Assembly (NCBI GenBank): GCA_963667845.2
Contig: CAXXVL010000002.1
Location: forward strand, 2,240,001 to 2,304,000
Length of the DNA stretch: 64,000 nucleotides
DNA from: Smithellaceae bacterium
GTDB taxonomy: Bacteria; Desulfobacterota; Syntrophia; Syntrophales; Smithellaceae
Direction of reading: 5' to 3'
In this document: positions 27,427 through 37,179 of the stretch, piece by piece
Position numbering within the stretch: the stretch's first letter is position 1
Layout: every line of letters begins with the position of its first letter
The notes under the pieces: model-generated
The model's input: the letters and a program-made list of their open reading frames with translations, nothing else
Database searches by the model: none
What the model was told of the DNA's origin: nothing
Program-made: the position numbers and the translations under genes

Positions 27427-29013
27427 TCATTTGTTTGTTTCCAATTCAGCCATTTTGATCGTTTGGACGATGTGCCGGCGGAGCTCTTCCGGGTTGGCCG
27501 ACGTGTCGACTTTAAAGTAGCTGCCGGCGGGGATTTCCTGGATGGCTTCGTAATCCTTCTTTTGCGCCGCAAGGATTTCCCAGCGGCCGTCGGACGGATT
27601 ATCGGCATCCAGCTTTCTTTTTTCCAGACGAATCTTGACAATCTCATCGGGGCAGACGCATTCGATGACATATAACGGCACGTGAAGCCTGGCGGCCGCC
27701 TCTGCGGCCAGTGTGCGATCGGAGCGTTTTCTGAATGAAGCGTCGATAATCACCGGTTTTCCCTGTTCGATCTTTTGCGCGGCCAGTTCCACAGCTTTTT
27801 CATAGGTTCTTTTGGAAATATCGCTCGAATAAATGCCCTGCCCGAATGATTCGTAATGTTTTTCGGCAGGTGCGATCTGCAGCAGTTCCTTGCGCAGGAC
27901 GTCCGTTCGGATCACGTCCGCGCCCAGCCGCATCGCCAGATTACGGGCCTGATAACTCTTCCCCGAGCCGATCAAACCGGCTGTGAGAATTAAGACCGGC
28001 TTTTCGAGCCTGGCCGCATAGGTATAGGCCAGATCAAAATATTTCGCAGCAGTCAGTCTGATATCGGTTCGCTCATGGTCCGGTAGTTCTTTCTGATCGA
28101 GCCGGAAGCTGATGACCTTGCCGCGCACGTAGGCATAATAACAGCGGTAAAAGTTTAAGAGGTGATGCAGATCGTCGTCTCCGGAATAACCCACGTAGGA
28201 GCGCACGAAATCTTCCGCCTGTCGCGGGTAACCGTTGTAGTCGAGGTCCATGGTCAGGAAAGCCACTTCAGCCGCCACATCGCTGAACCGGAAGCGTTCG
28301 TTGAATTCAATGCAGTCAAAAACGATAATCTCATCGGCAATACAGATATGTTCCAGATGCAGGTCGCCGTGGCAGTCCCGGATCTTGTGAGCAGCGACTC
28401 TCTTTTCCAGAAGCCGGGTGTTCATGGTTAGAAATTTAGCGACGTACGCTTTGATAAACTCATATTGATAGGCGGGGACGGTGACGTCGATATACGGTGC
28501 GGTTTGTGCAAAATTTTCTTCATGATTATGGCGGATGATTTTGATCGATCCCATTTCGTCGATCGGACCGCCGGTCTGGGCAGCCGCGTGAAAGCGCGCA
28601 ATTTTCCCGGCCACGGCATCCATGACGCTTTCATCAACTTTTCCTTGAACCAGCAGGACTTTGAGCATCTTGTCGAGAGGCAGCTTCTTCATGTAGACGG
28701 CATACTCGACGATGTTATGCGCGGCGCCCGGGGAAAGGTGTCCCGAACCATCGTCGCCGATTGCTACGACATCGAGATAGATGCTGGGGGCCAGACGCCT
28801 GTTTAAACGGACTTCTTCCTCACAGTAAAATTTTCTTTTGGCGAGTGTCGTGAAATCGAGGAAACCGAAATTGACCGGCTTCTTGACTTTATAGACATAA
28901 TCGCCGGCAATGAAGATGTATGAGATATGCGTCTGCAATACTTCAACCGTCTGCGGCCGGTGCGGGTAAAAATCAGGGCAAGCCATGGCGGCTGCGATAT
29001 TGAAAGGGGGCAT
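27427..29013 (-). CDS. bifunctional aminoglycoside-phosphotransferase-like/P-loop kinase (AAA_33) protein
   Basis: QTHISY, YKVKKPV.FGFLDF, RDCHGDLHL, FDCIEFNERFR, Walker A GLIGSGKS. Confidence 0.88.
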   Translation of the reverse strand: MPPFNIAAAMACPDFYPHRPQTVEVLQTHISYIFIAGDYVYKVKKPVNFGFLDFTTLAKRKFYCEEEVRLNRRLAPSIYLDVVAIGDDGSGHLSPGAAHNIVEYAVYMKKLPLDKMLKVLLVQGKVDESVMDAVAGKIARFHAAAQTGGPIDEMGSIKIIRHNHEENFAQTAPYIDVTVPAYQYEFIKAYVAKFLTMNTRLLEKRVAAHKIRDCHGDLHLEHICIADEIIVFDCIEFNERFRFSDVAAEVAFLTMDLDYNGYPRQAEDFVRSYVGYSGDDDLHHLLNFYRCYYAYVRGKVISFRLDQKELPDHERTDIRLTAAKYFDLAYTYAARLEKPVLILTAGLIGSGKSYQARNLAMRLGADVIRTDVLRKELLQIAPAEKHYESFGQGIYSSDISKRTYEKAVELAAQKIEQGKPVIIDASFRKRSDRTLAAEAAARLHVPLYVIECVCPDEIVKIRLEKRKLDADNPSDGRWEILAAQKKDYEAIQEIPAGSYFKVDTSANPEELRRHIVQTIKMAELETNK

Positions 29014-29240
29014 CAGTTCCTCCGATCTCGAAAAAGGTTTTTGAAGAGGCCGCATCGGCAGCCGGTCAATTCTTTAAACAATCGCCCGCTGATAATCAAG
29101 TTCAAAATACCCTTTTACACCCAAGGGCACAGACAATGGTCGCTTCAAAGGATGTCGTTTGGGCAGCGGCCCGGCAAATTATCCTTGCATGGAAACGTCA
29201 ACCATGATTATTTTGCATGCGATTCATAAAGGAGTGAGCC

Positions 29241-29906
29241 ATGTTCAAAAAACTGCGCCGGATTGCGACGGTCAAACTGGGTGGAAGCATTGTCTATTAC
29301 CTGGCCCGGCTCTATGCCGCCACATTCCGGGTGAGAGTGGAAAATGAGTCCGAGTGGATCGATTATCTGGAGCAGGGCGGGAAGGTTCTCCTTTGCTGCT
29401 GGCATCAGCAGTTTTTTGTCGGTGTCCGCGTGTTTGCGCGCTACCGGAAATATCGGGCGTGCGTGATGATTTCCAAGAGCACGGACGGGGATATCGCTTC
29501 GCGGATTGCGGAGCGGGCGAAAGTCTATCCGGTCAGAGGATCCTCATCGCGGAGCGGCGGCCCGGCATTGAAAGAAATGATCACGCGACTTAAACAGGGT
29601 TGCCTCGCTGTTCATCTGCTGGACGGACCGCGCGGGCCGGCCGGCATTGTCAAACCCGGCACCATTGCTCTGGCCGCAGGCGCCGGCGCGGCCATTGCCC
29701 CGGTCTATGTGGAAGCCGACCGTGCCTGGCATGCCGGGAGCTGGGACAAGTATATGGTTCCCAAACCATTTGCGCGAGTTAAGGTAATTTTCTGTCCGCT
29801 CATGAAACTGCCGCCGATGAAGGAACACAGCGATTTTGAAGTGCAAAGGCAAATCCTGGAAAATACGCTTCAGCCTCATCTGAGGGGTTTCTCAACACCC
29901 TGTTAG
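29241..29906 (+). CDS. DUF374/lysophospholipid acyltransferase family protein
   Basis: WHQ, ISKSTDGD, RGSSSRSG, DGPRGP, SWD...PKPF. Confidence 0.85.
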   Translation: MFKKLRRIATVKLGGSIVYYLARLYAATFRVRVENESEWIDYLEQGGKVLLCCWHQQFFVGVRVFARYRKYRACVMISKSTDGDIASRIAERAKVYPVRGSSSRSGGPALKEMITRLKQGCLAVHLLDGPRGPAGIVKPGTIALAAGAGAAIAPVYVEADRAWHAGSWDKYMVPKPFARVKVIFCPLMKLPPMKEHSDFEVQRQILENTLQPHLRGFSTPC

Positions 29907-29970
29907 CCGGACATTCGCGCGGCAGCGCCCTATGCTCAAGCGCCTGCCATCCAGGCGCGTTGCCGCAGGG

Positions 29971-30234
29971 CTATTTCGTTTCCTTAAAAAAGTCTTCTAC
30001 TTTTTTGAAGTTGTCGTCCACAGCAGTTTTGAAATCGTCGCAGCCTTTCTTATACGCCGACATCCAGTCGGTAATTGCTTTTTTCCCTTCTTCGGGAAAC
30101 ATCGGCGACTTCTCCCAGAATTTGTTCACCAGTCGCTCCGTCTGCTCCTGAAGCGCCTGCATGGCGCGGAAATTATTGTCAAAGGCTGTTTTATTAAAAA
30201 CGATCATCTGCTTCGCGATTTGTTTCGGGTCCAT
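29971..30234 (-). CDS. small helical protein, phasin-like (paralogue B)
   Basis: MDPKQIAKQMIVFNKTAFDNNF...PEEGKKAI.DW...YKKG; GGGAGG RBS before ATG 30234. Function is inferred. Confidence 0.7.
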   Translation of the reverse strand: MDPKQIAKQMIVFNKTAFDNNFRAMQALQEQTERLVNKFWEKSPMFPEEGKKAITDWMSAYKKGCDDFKTAVDDNFKKVEDFFKETK

Positions 30235-30265
30235 TTTTACCTCCCTCCAGCTGTTTGGGCTGTTC

Positions 30266-30556
30266 TTATCCTTTTCCCTTTTTTGTTGTCTTTTTTTCCG
30301 TCTGCGCGAAGTATTCGACAACCTTCTGATAACTTTCATCAGCGGCCGCCTTAAAATCTTCACGACCTTTCTTGTAACTCAGGATCCAGTCACTCATCGC
30401 TTTTTTCCCGTCTTCAGGAAACCATGCCGCCTTCTCCAGAAAACTTAATACCAGGCTTTCGGTCTGATCCTGAATTGCCGACATCGCGCTGAAACTATTG
30501 TCAAACGCCGTTTTATTGAATTCTATCACTTGTTTGGCCAGCAGGTTTTGTTCCAT
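30266..30556 (-). CDS. small helical protein, phasin-like (paralogue A)
   Basis: AKQVIEFNKTAFDNSF...PEDGKKAMSDW..SYKKG; GGGAGG RBS; clear paralogue of the neighbouring gene. Confidence 0.7.
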   Translation of the reverse strand: MEQNLLAKQVIEFNKTAFDNSFSAMSAIQDQTESLVLSFLEKAAWFPEDGKKAMSDWILSYKKGREDFKAAADESYQKVVEYFAQTEKKTTKKGKG

Positions 30557-30800
30557 CGCCTCGTACCTCCCTGAATGGTTAGTTTTTTATAGGTTACCTA
30601 TTTTGAACTTACTGTCTAGTTTAGCGCAATAAATTGATTTGTAAAGTTATTTATCCCGCAGGCAAAGAGAAAGCATCCGCCGTGAAAGGCCGGAGATCAT
30701 TGGATGTGAGCGATACGCTGAAGAACCGTTTGCGTGCAACCTCTTCCCGGGCACGGATCACAAAAGGCGGGGTGCGGACGGCAATCCGAAGGGCGGAGAT

Positions 30801-31889
30801 TCAAACCGTTTCTTTTTTTAACCATTGGGTGACGAGCGGTTTTTCGTTTTCGGTCCAGAGCTTTGAAAAACGAACCGCCAGAAAAGATTCATAAAGCGCA
30901 TCGATCGTCTTGACGGCGTTTTCAATCAGATAGATGCGCTCCAGGAGGCTGGCCGTCGGGTCTTCCGGCGTTTCCTGCCAGTCCACAACGGGCATCTTGA
31001 GCGACTGAAAATAAAAGGTGTCGGCTTTAAAGTTGAATTCCCATTCGTTCTGATCGCGATGGAGTTTGATGCCGGTCTCTTTGACTTTTTTGCCGCGGCG
31101 AATGGCTTCCTTGCCTTCGGTGAGTTCCGCGTGCAGTCCCGAGCATACGACGCCCTGCGAATACTCTCCCTCACCCGCTTCGAGCGCGATGCGTTTGAGC
31201 AGGTGTAATTCCACTTCTTCGGTTTTGCTAAGCGCAATATGGCCGTTTCTTTCTTCCGATTTGAACCACAGCCAGGTGAGAAACTCACGCCCGATTAATG
31301 AAATATCTTCCACCGCTACATCATTTTTCTCCTTAGCGGCAAGCGCCTGCGGATACTCGTGGGGGAGGATGCGCCTGAGGCCCAGCGAAAACGTTTTTTT
31401 GAATAAATCGACAAAATCGTCGGCGACTTTGTCCGACAGAGATGAAAAATATACTTTATTCTGCCCGATGGCCCATAAAACGTCATAGAAAGAGGGGACA
31501 GGGTCGCTTTTGGTCATGAGCTCCAGTTTAACCTTTTCCTTGAGGCCCTCATTCATCGCCTTGCCGATGCGGGTCTGCCCGTGTTCGGCCAGAAATCGCC
31601 TCTGCTCTTCCATGAGACGGATTTTCATCAATTTGGGTGAAATCAACTTCCGGTCGATGCGCAACGAAAAAATCAGATAGTCGCCCAACACATAATTTGC
31701 TTTTTCAAAATCGGCGTCGAGGATATCGGTTACCGATACCCAGCCCATCCGCTTTTCTTCGGTGGAATTGCGCGCCTCCCGGAAGGAGTTGCCTTTGATC
31801 CGGGTGTTGATAAATGTAGTGAAGGCCTGCGGCAACTGGCCTTCAACTGAAAACTGCATAAAAGAGAAATTGCCCTTGACGAGACCCAT
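30801..31889 (-). CDS. RdgC-like recombination-associated protein
   Basis: MGLVKG.FS..F.VEG, E.RMGWV, FSLRIDRK, VDLFKKTF.L.L, IGREFLTWLWF.SE; GAGGTGAGG RBS. Confidence 0.7.
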   Translation of the reverse strand: MGLVKGNFSFMQFSVEGQLPQAFTTFINTRIKGNSFREARNSTEEKRMGWVSVTDILDADFEKANYVLGDYLIFSLRIDRKLISPKLMKIRLMEEQRRFLAEHGQTRIGKAMNEGLKEKVKLELMTKSDPVPSFYDVLWAIGQNKVYFSSLSDKVADDFVDLFKKTFSLGLRRILPHEYPQALAAKEKNDVAVEDISLIGREFLTWLWFKSEERNGHIALSKTEEVELHLLKRIALEAGEGEYSQGVVCSGLHAELTEGKEAIRRGKKVKETGIKLHRDQNEWEFNFKADTFYFQSLKMPVVDWQETPEDPTASLLERIYLIENAVKTIDALYESFLAVRFSKLWTENEKPLVTQWLKKETV

Positions 31890-32062
31890 GTTCCTCACCT
31901 CACAGGCGCGCACCGTATCTTATCGCCACCGCTCCTGTCAAGGATTTATGCGCTGGGAATATCTTTAGAAATCAAAGAGTTTCCCTGAAGTCCAAAATAA
32001 ATTATCCATAGACAGAGACTTTTTTTTATGTTACGAAACGTCGTCTTTTTGGTGCAATCATT

Positions 32063-32956
32063 ATGAAAATTAAGAAGGTCGGCATCATTGCCAACATCGA
32101 AAAAGAAAATATTGCCGTCTTTGCCGGCGCTTTAAAGAAGTGGCTGGAAGCGAGAGGGATCAAAGTATCCCTGGAAGCAAATCTGGCCGCCGCCATTGGC
32201 GGAAGCGGCGGATTCAAACTTGAGGACCTGGCATCCAAGGTGGATTTGATTGCCGTTTTGGGCGGCGACGGCACCATGCTCCGGACGGCCCGCTACGTTG
32301 CGCAGCACCCCGTTCCCATCGTCGGTATTAATATGGGAACCTTCGGCTATCTGACCGAAGTCAACTTAAACGAAACCTATGATGCGCTCGAACTCATTTT
32401 GAAAGGCGATTTCGTCACCGAAAAAAGAATGATGCTGGATGTGAAAATCCGCCGCGGCAATAAGACTATCGGCTCGGGCATCGTTCTGAATGACGTCGTG
32501 ATCAACCGCGGCAATCTCTCCCGTATTGTCGAGCTGGAAACATCCATTGATAATCAATATCTGACCACGTATAAGTCGGACGGCCTTATTATTTCCACGC
32601 CCACGGGATCGACGGCTTATTCCCTTTCCGCCGGCGGTCCGATTGTCTTCCCCGGCAAGGAATTAATCATCATCAATCCGATCTGTCCCCATACCCTGAC
32701 CAACCGGCCCGTTATCTTTCCGGAGGACGCCTCGCTGCAAATCACGCTATGGTCGAAGGAAAGCGGCGCAACGGTAACGCTGGACGGCCAGGAATCTTAC
32801 CGGATCAGCTCCGGCGATATCATGACGATACGAAAATCAAAATATTATACAAGGCTGGTTCTTTCACCGCACCGAAGTTACGGAGAAATCTTGCGATCCA
32901 AACTGGGTTGGGGCAGTATACCTTCAGGGGCTGGAAAAAGAAAAAATGCTTCATGA
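32063..32956 (+). CDS. nadK: NAD kinase
   Basis: LGGDGTML, GIN.G.FGYL, LND, DGLIISTPTGSTAYSLSAGGP. Confidence 0.95.
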   Translation: MKIKKVGIIANIEKENIAVFAGALKKWLEARGIKVSLEANLAAAIGGSGGFKLEDLASKVDLIAVLGGDGTMLRTARYVAQHPVPIVGINMGTFGYLTEVNLNETYDALELILKGDFVTEKRMMLDVKIRRGNKTIGSGIVLNDVVINRGNLSRIVELETSIDNQYLTTYKSDGLIISTPTGSTAYSLSAGGPIVFPGKELIIINPICPHTLTNRPVIFPEDASLQITLWSKESGATVTLDGQESYRISSGDIMTIRKSKYYTRLVLSPHRSYGEILRSKLGWGSIPSGAGKRKNAS

Positions 32957-34682
32957 TCTGAGTATCACCAACTTTGCCATCATCGACGAACTGCATGTGT
33001 CGTTTGATGGCGGTCTGAACATTATTTCGGGGGAAACGGGTGCCGGCAAGTCCATTTTGATCGGTGCCGTGAGCCTGCTTTTGGGAGATCGGGCAACGGC
33101 CGACATGATCCGGTCGCAAACGGACACGGCCACCGTTGAAGCGCTCTTTAACATCGAAGGCAACCTTCCCCTTCAGGAAAAACTCGCCCAGATGGGATTT
33201 ACGGCGGACGGTGAACTGGTTATCCGCCGCGTGATTTCCCGGACCGGCAAAAACAGGGCGCAAATCAACGGGCAGATGGCGACGCTCGCCAACCTGGCCT
33301 CCATCAGTGAATCACTGATCAATATCTGCGGTCAGCATGAGCATCAGGTGATTCTGTCTGCGGAAAATCATATCGACATCCTCGATGAATTCGGCGGCTG
33401 CCTGGGAGCCCGCGAGGCTTATGAATCCGTTTATGCGCGGTATCAAAAGATCTGCAGTGAAATGGAAAGACTGGAAACGCTGCGGCGCAGCCGTGCGGAG
33501 AAGACGGATCTGATCCAGTTTCAACTCACCGAAATAAGAGATCTGAATCCCATTGCGGATGAAGACGTTGCGCTCACGGATGAAAAGAAAGTGCTGGCAA
33601 ACGTCCAGAAGCTGGCGGGGTGGGCCAACCGGGCCTATGCGCTGCTTTACGCCGACAAGGGCTGCATTAATGATCAGCTCAAAGAAGTACTCCTGCAGAT
33701 CAGGGAAATCCAGAAAATTGACACGGGATTGAATCTGCCGGCAGCCGATATGGAGGGCAGCTACGCCGTCCTTCAGGAAGCCGCGCTGACGCTGCGCGAT
33801 TATACGAAGCGCCTGGTTTTCGATCCCGAGCGCCTCGCGGCAATCGATGAGCGCCTCGACGCGCTTTCCCGCCTCAAGCGCAAACACGGCGGAACGCTCG
33901 CGGCAGTGCTGGGCCGCAAGCAGGATATGGAGGAAGAGCTTGAACGGGTTTCGGGCGTAGAGGAAGAACTGGCGGGGCTTGCCAAAGACAAACCCGCCGT
34001 CGTCGGAGAACTACAAAACAAGGCCCGGGCACTTTCCGTGCTGAGGCTGCAAGCAGCGGAGTTGCTGAAAGATGCGGTCGATGCCGAAATCCGTGATTTG
34101 AACATGCCGCATGCATCGTTCTCTGTTGAGTTTTTGCAGCACTGTTCAGATGACGAAAATTCATATGGCCCGAAAGGCGGCGATGATATAGAATTTTACC
34201 TGACCGCGAACGCCGGCGAGGCGCCGAAGCCCCTGCAGAGAGTGGCGTCCGGAGGAGAATTATCCCGCATCGTGCTGGCGCTGAAAAATGTCTTGTCCCG
34301 AACCGGATCGGTGGCCACGATCGTGTTCGATGAAGTCGACCAGGGCATCGGCGGTGCCACGGCAGAAATTGTCGGGCGTAAATTAAAAGAGGTTTCAGTC
34401 CATCATCAGGTGATTTGCATTACACATCTGCCGCAAATTGCCAGTTTCGGCGGCCGTCATCTGCGTGTGGCGAAGCTCGTCATCGACGGCCGGACGGCAA
34501 CTGTGGTGGATCAGATCGACGAGCAGCAAAAAGTAGAAGAGATCGGCCGGATGCTGGGCGGCGTGGACGTTACGGATACTGCGAGAGATCACGCCCGTGA
34601 GATGCTTTCCGCAGCCGGCGCGGCCCGCAATGCCGCCGATACAGGAAGGAGCAAGCATGCTAAGAAAAGCACGCATCGGTGA
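32946..34682 (+). CDS. recN: DNA repair protein RecN
   Basis: GETGAGKS, ICGQHEHQ, ASGGELSR, FDEVDQGIGG, ITHLPQIA. Confidence 0.96.
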   Translation: MLHDLSITNFAIIDELHVSFDGGLNIISGETGAGKSILIGAVSLLLGDRATADMIRSQTDTATVEALFNIEGNLPLQEKLAQMGFTADGELVIRRVISRTGKNRAQINGQMATLANLASISESLINICGQHEHQVILSAENHIDILDEFGGCLGAREAYESVYARYQKICSEMERLETLRRSRAEKTDLIQFQLTEIRDLNPIADEDVALTDEKKVLANVQKLAGWANRAYALLYADKGCINDQLKEVLLQIREIQKIDTGLNLPAADMEGSYAVLQEAALTLRDYTKRLVFDPERLAAIDERLDALSRLKRKHGGTLAAVLGRKQDMEEELERVSGVEEELAGLAKDKPAVVGELQNKARALSVLRLQAAELLKDAVDAEIRDLNMPHASFSVEFLQHCSDDENSYGPKGGDDIEFYLTANAGEAPKPLQRVASGGELSRIVLALKNVLSRTGSVATIVFDEVDQGIGGATAEIVGRKLKEVSVHHQVICITHLPQIASFGGRHLRVAKLVIDGRTATVVDQIDEQQKVEEIGRMLGGVDVTDTARDHAREMLSAAGAARNAADTGRSKHAKKSTHR

Positions 34683-35115
34683 CGTTAAAATCATTCACCG
34701 CCTGATTAATCTGTCGGCGGGAAAAGGGGAAATGCTGCCCAGGTCTTTGATGGATATCTATAATTCCGTGCGCGATTTCATTGTTTATTACGATGAAGAC
34801 GAACAGAATATTGTGGGGATCTGCGCCATGAATATTATCTGGGAAAACCTGGCCGAAATCCGTTCTCTTTATGTGGCGGATGCCCACCGAAAAAAAGGCA
34901 TCGGCCGGAAACTGGTCGAATTTTGCATTTCCGAAGCTATTACCCTCGAGTTGTTTCGCATCTTTTCGCTGACCTATAAAAAAGAATTCTTTGCCCGACT
35001 GGGGTTTAAGGAGGTGGACCGTTCCACCTTGCCGGAAAAGATCTGGTCGGACTGCTTCCGCTGCTCCAAATATCCCGACTACTGCGACGAAGTCGCCATG
35101 ATCATCGAACTATGA
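34657..35115 (+). CDS. GNAT N-acetyltransferase (short ArgA-like)
   Basis: MLRKA, MLPRS, WENLAEIRSLYV, LPEKIWSDC..C.KYP..CDE. Confidence 0.85.
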   Translation: MLRKARIGDVKIIHRLINLSAGKGEMLPRSLMDIYNSVRDFIVYYDEDEQNIVGICAMNIIWENLAEIRSLYVADAHRKKGIGRKLVEFCISEAITLELFRIFSLTYKKEFFARLGFKEVDRSTLPEKIWSDCFRCSKYPDYCDEVAMIIEL

Positions 35116-36299
35116 AGCATCTGCGAATCCTCGGTCTCCTTTTGTTGATTGTTGCCGTGGCGTTGACCGGTTGTGCGCGCAAAACGATCGATAAGCCTGA
35201 TACGATACCGCCGGGGCGCGAGCTTGCGGATGCGGATGCCGGGAGCCGGGAATCTGTGGATGACCTGGATAACGCATCTCTCATTCTGGCGATTGATCGC
35301 AGCCTGCAATTTTATGACGGCGCCGGACGCGATCAGACCTTTTACATTGCGGACAGACCTGTCGGTGCAAACCAGATGAAAGAAACGCTCATGGCTTTCC
35401 GCGCCATCGTGCAGTCCGGTAAAAGCCTGGAGCAGAAGAAAAAAAGCATCGCCGAAGATTTTCATCTGCTGCGTGCGGCCGGACAAACGGGCGAGGGAGA
35501 CGTTCTATTTACCGGCTATTATGAACCGCTGCTGGAAGGGTCTTTGGTGCGGACGGATAAATATAAGTATCCGCTATACAGACCGCCGCCCGACATCGTG
35601 ACGGAAAAAATATCCAGGAACGAAACGCGGATCGGCCGGAAGGAAAATGGTCGGATCGTTCCCTATTACACACGACGGGAAATCGATGTGGACGGCGTTT
35701 TGCAGGACAAGGGGCTCGAATTGCTCTGGGTGTCGGATCCTGTCGAATTGAATTCCCTGCACACCCAGGGATCGGGAAAGATCCGGTTCGAGGACGGGAA
35801 AATCGTGACGGTCGGCTATGCTCAGAACAATGGCCGGCCTTTCCGCTCCGCGACCATGAACATGCTTGCGCAAAATAAAATTGGTAAGAGCGATTCATCC
35901 TATCGCGGATTCAAATTATGGCTCAAAGGCCGAAGCGAAAAAGAAGTCCTGGAAATCCTCAGCCACAACGAGCGCTATATTTTCTTCCGGTTTCTGGATA
36001 AGGAGCCTGTCGGATGCCTGGGCCAGCCGGTAACACCGGGCCGCACGATTGCCACCGATCCGGATTTTTTCCCCGAAGGCGCTCTGGCTTTCATCCGATT
36101 GCGAAAGCCGGTCCTGGATAATGATTATAACGTTGTGGGCCGCGTCGACTTTTCGCGCTTTGTTCTGAATCAGGATAAGGGATCGGCCATCAGGGGCCCC
36201 GGGAGGGTCGATCTATTCTGCGGGTTCGGCGAGGACGCCCGGGCCACAGCAGGCAGTCTGAAAGAAAAAGGGGAGCTCTATTTTCTGCTCATCAAATAG
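35112..36299 (+). CDS. mltA: membrane-bound lytic murein transglycosylase A
   Basis: Lipobox LTGC, FTGYYEP, QGSG, NERYIFF, IATD, QDKGSAIRGPGRVDLFCG.G. Confidence 0.92.
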   Translation: MKHLRILGLLLLIVAVALTGCARKTIDKPDTIPPGRELADADAGSRESVDDLDNASLILAIDRSLQFYDGAGRDQTFYIADRPVGANQMKETLMAFRAIVQSGKSLEQKKKSIAEDFHLLRAAGQTGEGDVLFTGYYEPLLEGSLVRTDKYKYPLYRPPPDIVTEKISRNETRIGRKENGRIVPYYTRREIDVDGVLQDKGLELLWVSDPVELNSLHTQGSGKIRFEDGKIVTVGYAQNNGRPFRSATMNMLAQNKIGKSDSSYRGFKLWLKGRSEKEVLEILSHNERYIFFRFLDKEPVGCLGQPVTPGRTIATDPDFFPEGALAFIRLRKPVLDNDYNVVGRVDFSRFVLNQDKGSAIRGPGRVDLFCGFGEDARATAGSLKEKGELYFLLIK

Positions 36300-36349
36300 G
36301 CTTCCACCGCAGCAAATTGCAGCGCCCCCCGAGACAAGAGGTTTGTGGA

Positions 36350-37099
36350 ATGACCGACGACGAAACCATCGATGAAATCCTCGGCGGAAGTTTAAAAATC
36401 CGCCAGAGCAAACGCGGCTATCGTTTTAATCTGGATTCGCTCATCCTGGCGCATTTTGTGTCTCTGAAATCCAGGAGCGTCAGCCTTGATCTGGGCTGCG
36501 GCAACGGCATCATGGCACTGGTTCTGGCGAATCGCTATCCCGCGTCGCGCTGGCACGGCCTCGAGGTTCAGGAAGGTCTCGCGACGCTTGCGAAAAAGAA
36601 TGTCGAACAAAACGGTCTGGGTCATCGCGTGATCATTGACACGGGGGACGCGCGGGATATTAAAAAAATATACGGGTCAGGCTTCTTTGATACCATTGTT
36701 TTTAATCCGCCCTATCGCAAGATGGATTCAGGCCGGATCAACCCGCTGCCGGAGAAAGCCATTGCCCGTCATGAAATCAGCGGTTCGCTCAGTCATTTTC
36801 TTTCAGCGGCAAAGTACGCGCTCCAACCGAAGGGCCGGGTGTTTACGATTTATCCGGCGACCCGTCTGGTGGAAGTGATCAGTCTGTTTCGCAAGAAAGA
36901 TATTGAACCCAAAAGAATGAAACTGGTCTATTCGGATGCCCTTTCCAATGCGGAATTTGTTCTGGTTGAGGGCAGGGATTCTTCGCGTGAGGAGCTGAAA
37001 GTCGAGCCGCCGCTTTATATTTACGACGAGCCAAAGAAATATACTAAGGCTATGAAACAGATGTTTGCCGATCTCGCTGCTCTTCCGGGAACGGGCTGA
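36350..37099 (+). CDS. tRNA1(Val) A37 N6-methyltransferase-like (TrmN6)
   Basis: Q.KRGYRF.LDS, LDLGCGNG, NPPY, ARHE. Confidence 0.85.
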   Translation: MTDDETIDEILGGSLKIRQSKRGYRFNLDSLILAHFVSLKSRSVSLDLGCGNGIMALVLANRYPASRWHGLEVQEGLATLAKKNVEQNGLGHRVIIDTGDARDIKKIYGSGFFDTIVFNPPYRKMDSGRINPLPEKAIARHEISGSLSHFLSAAKYALQPKGRVFTIYPATRLVEVISLFRKKDIEPKRMKLVYSDALSNAEFVLVEGRDSSREELKVEPPLYIYDEPKKYTKAMKQMFADLAALPGTG

Positions 37100-37179
37100 T
37101 TCGTGAGCGCCAACGCCTTCGTTCAATGGTCGCGTGAGGAGGTTTGCCGGCGTTTCGGTTTTTAAACGCCTGCCTTCGC

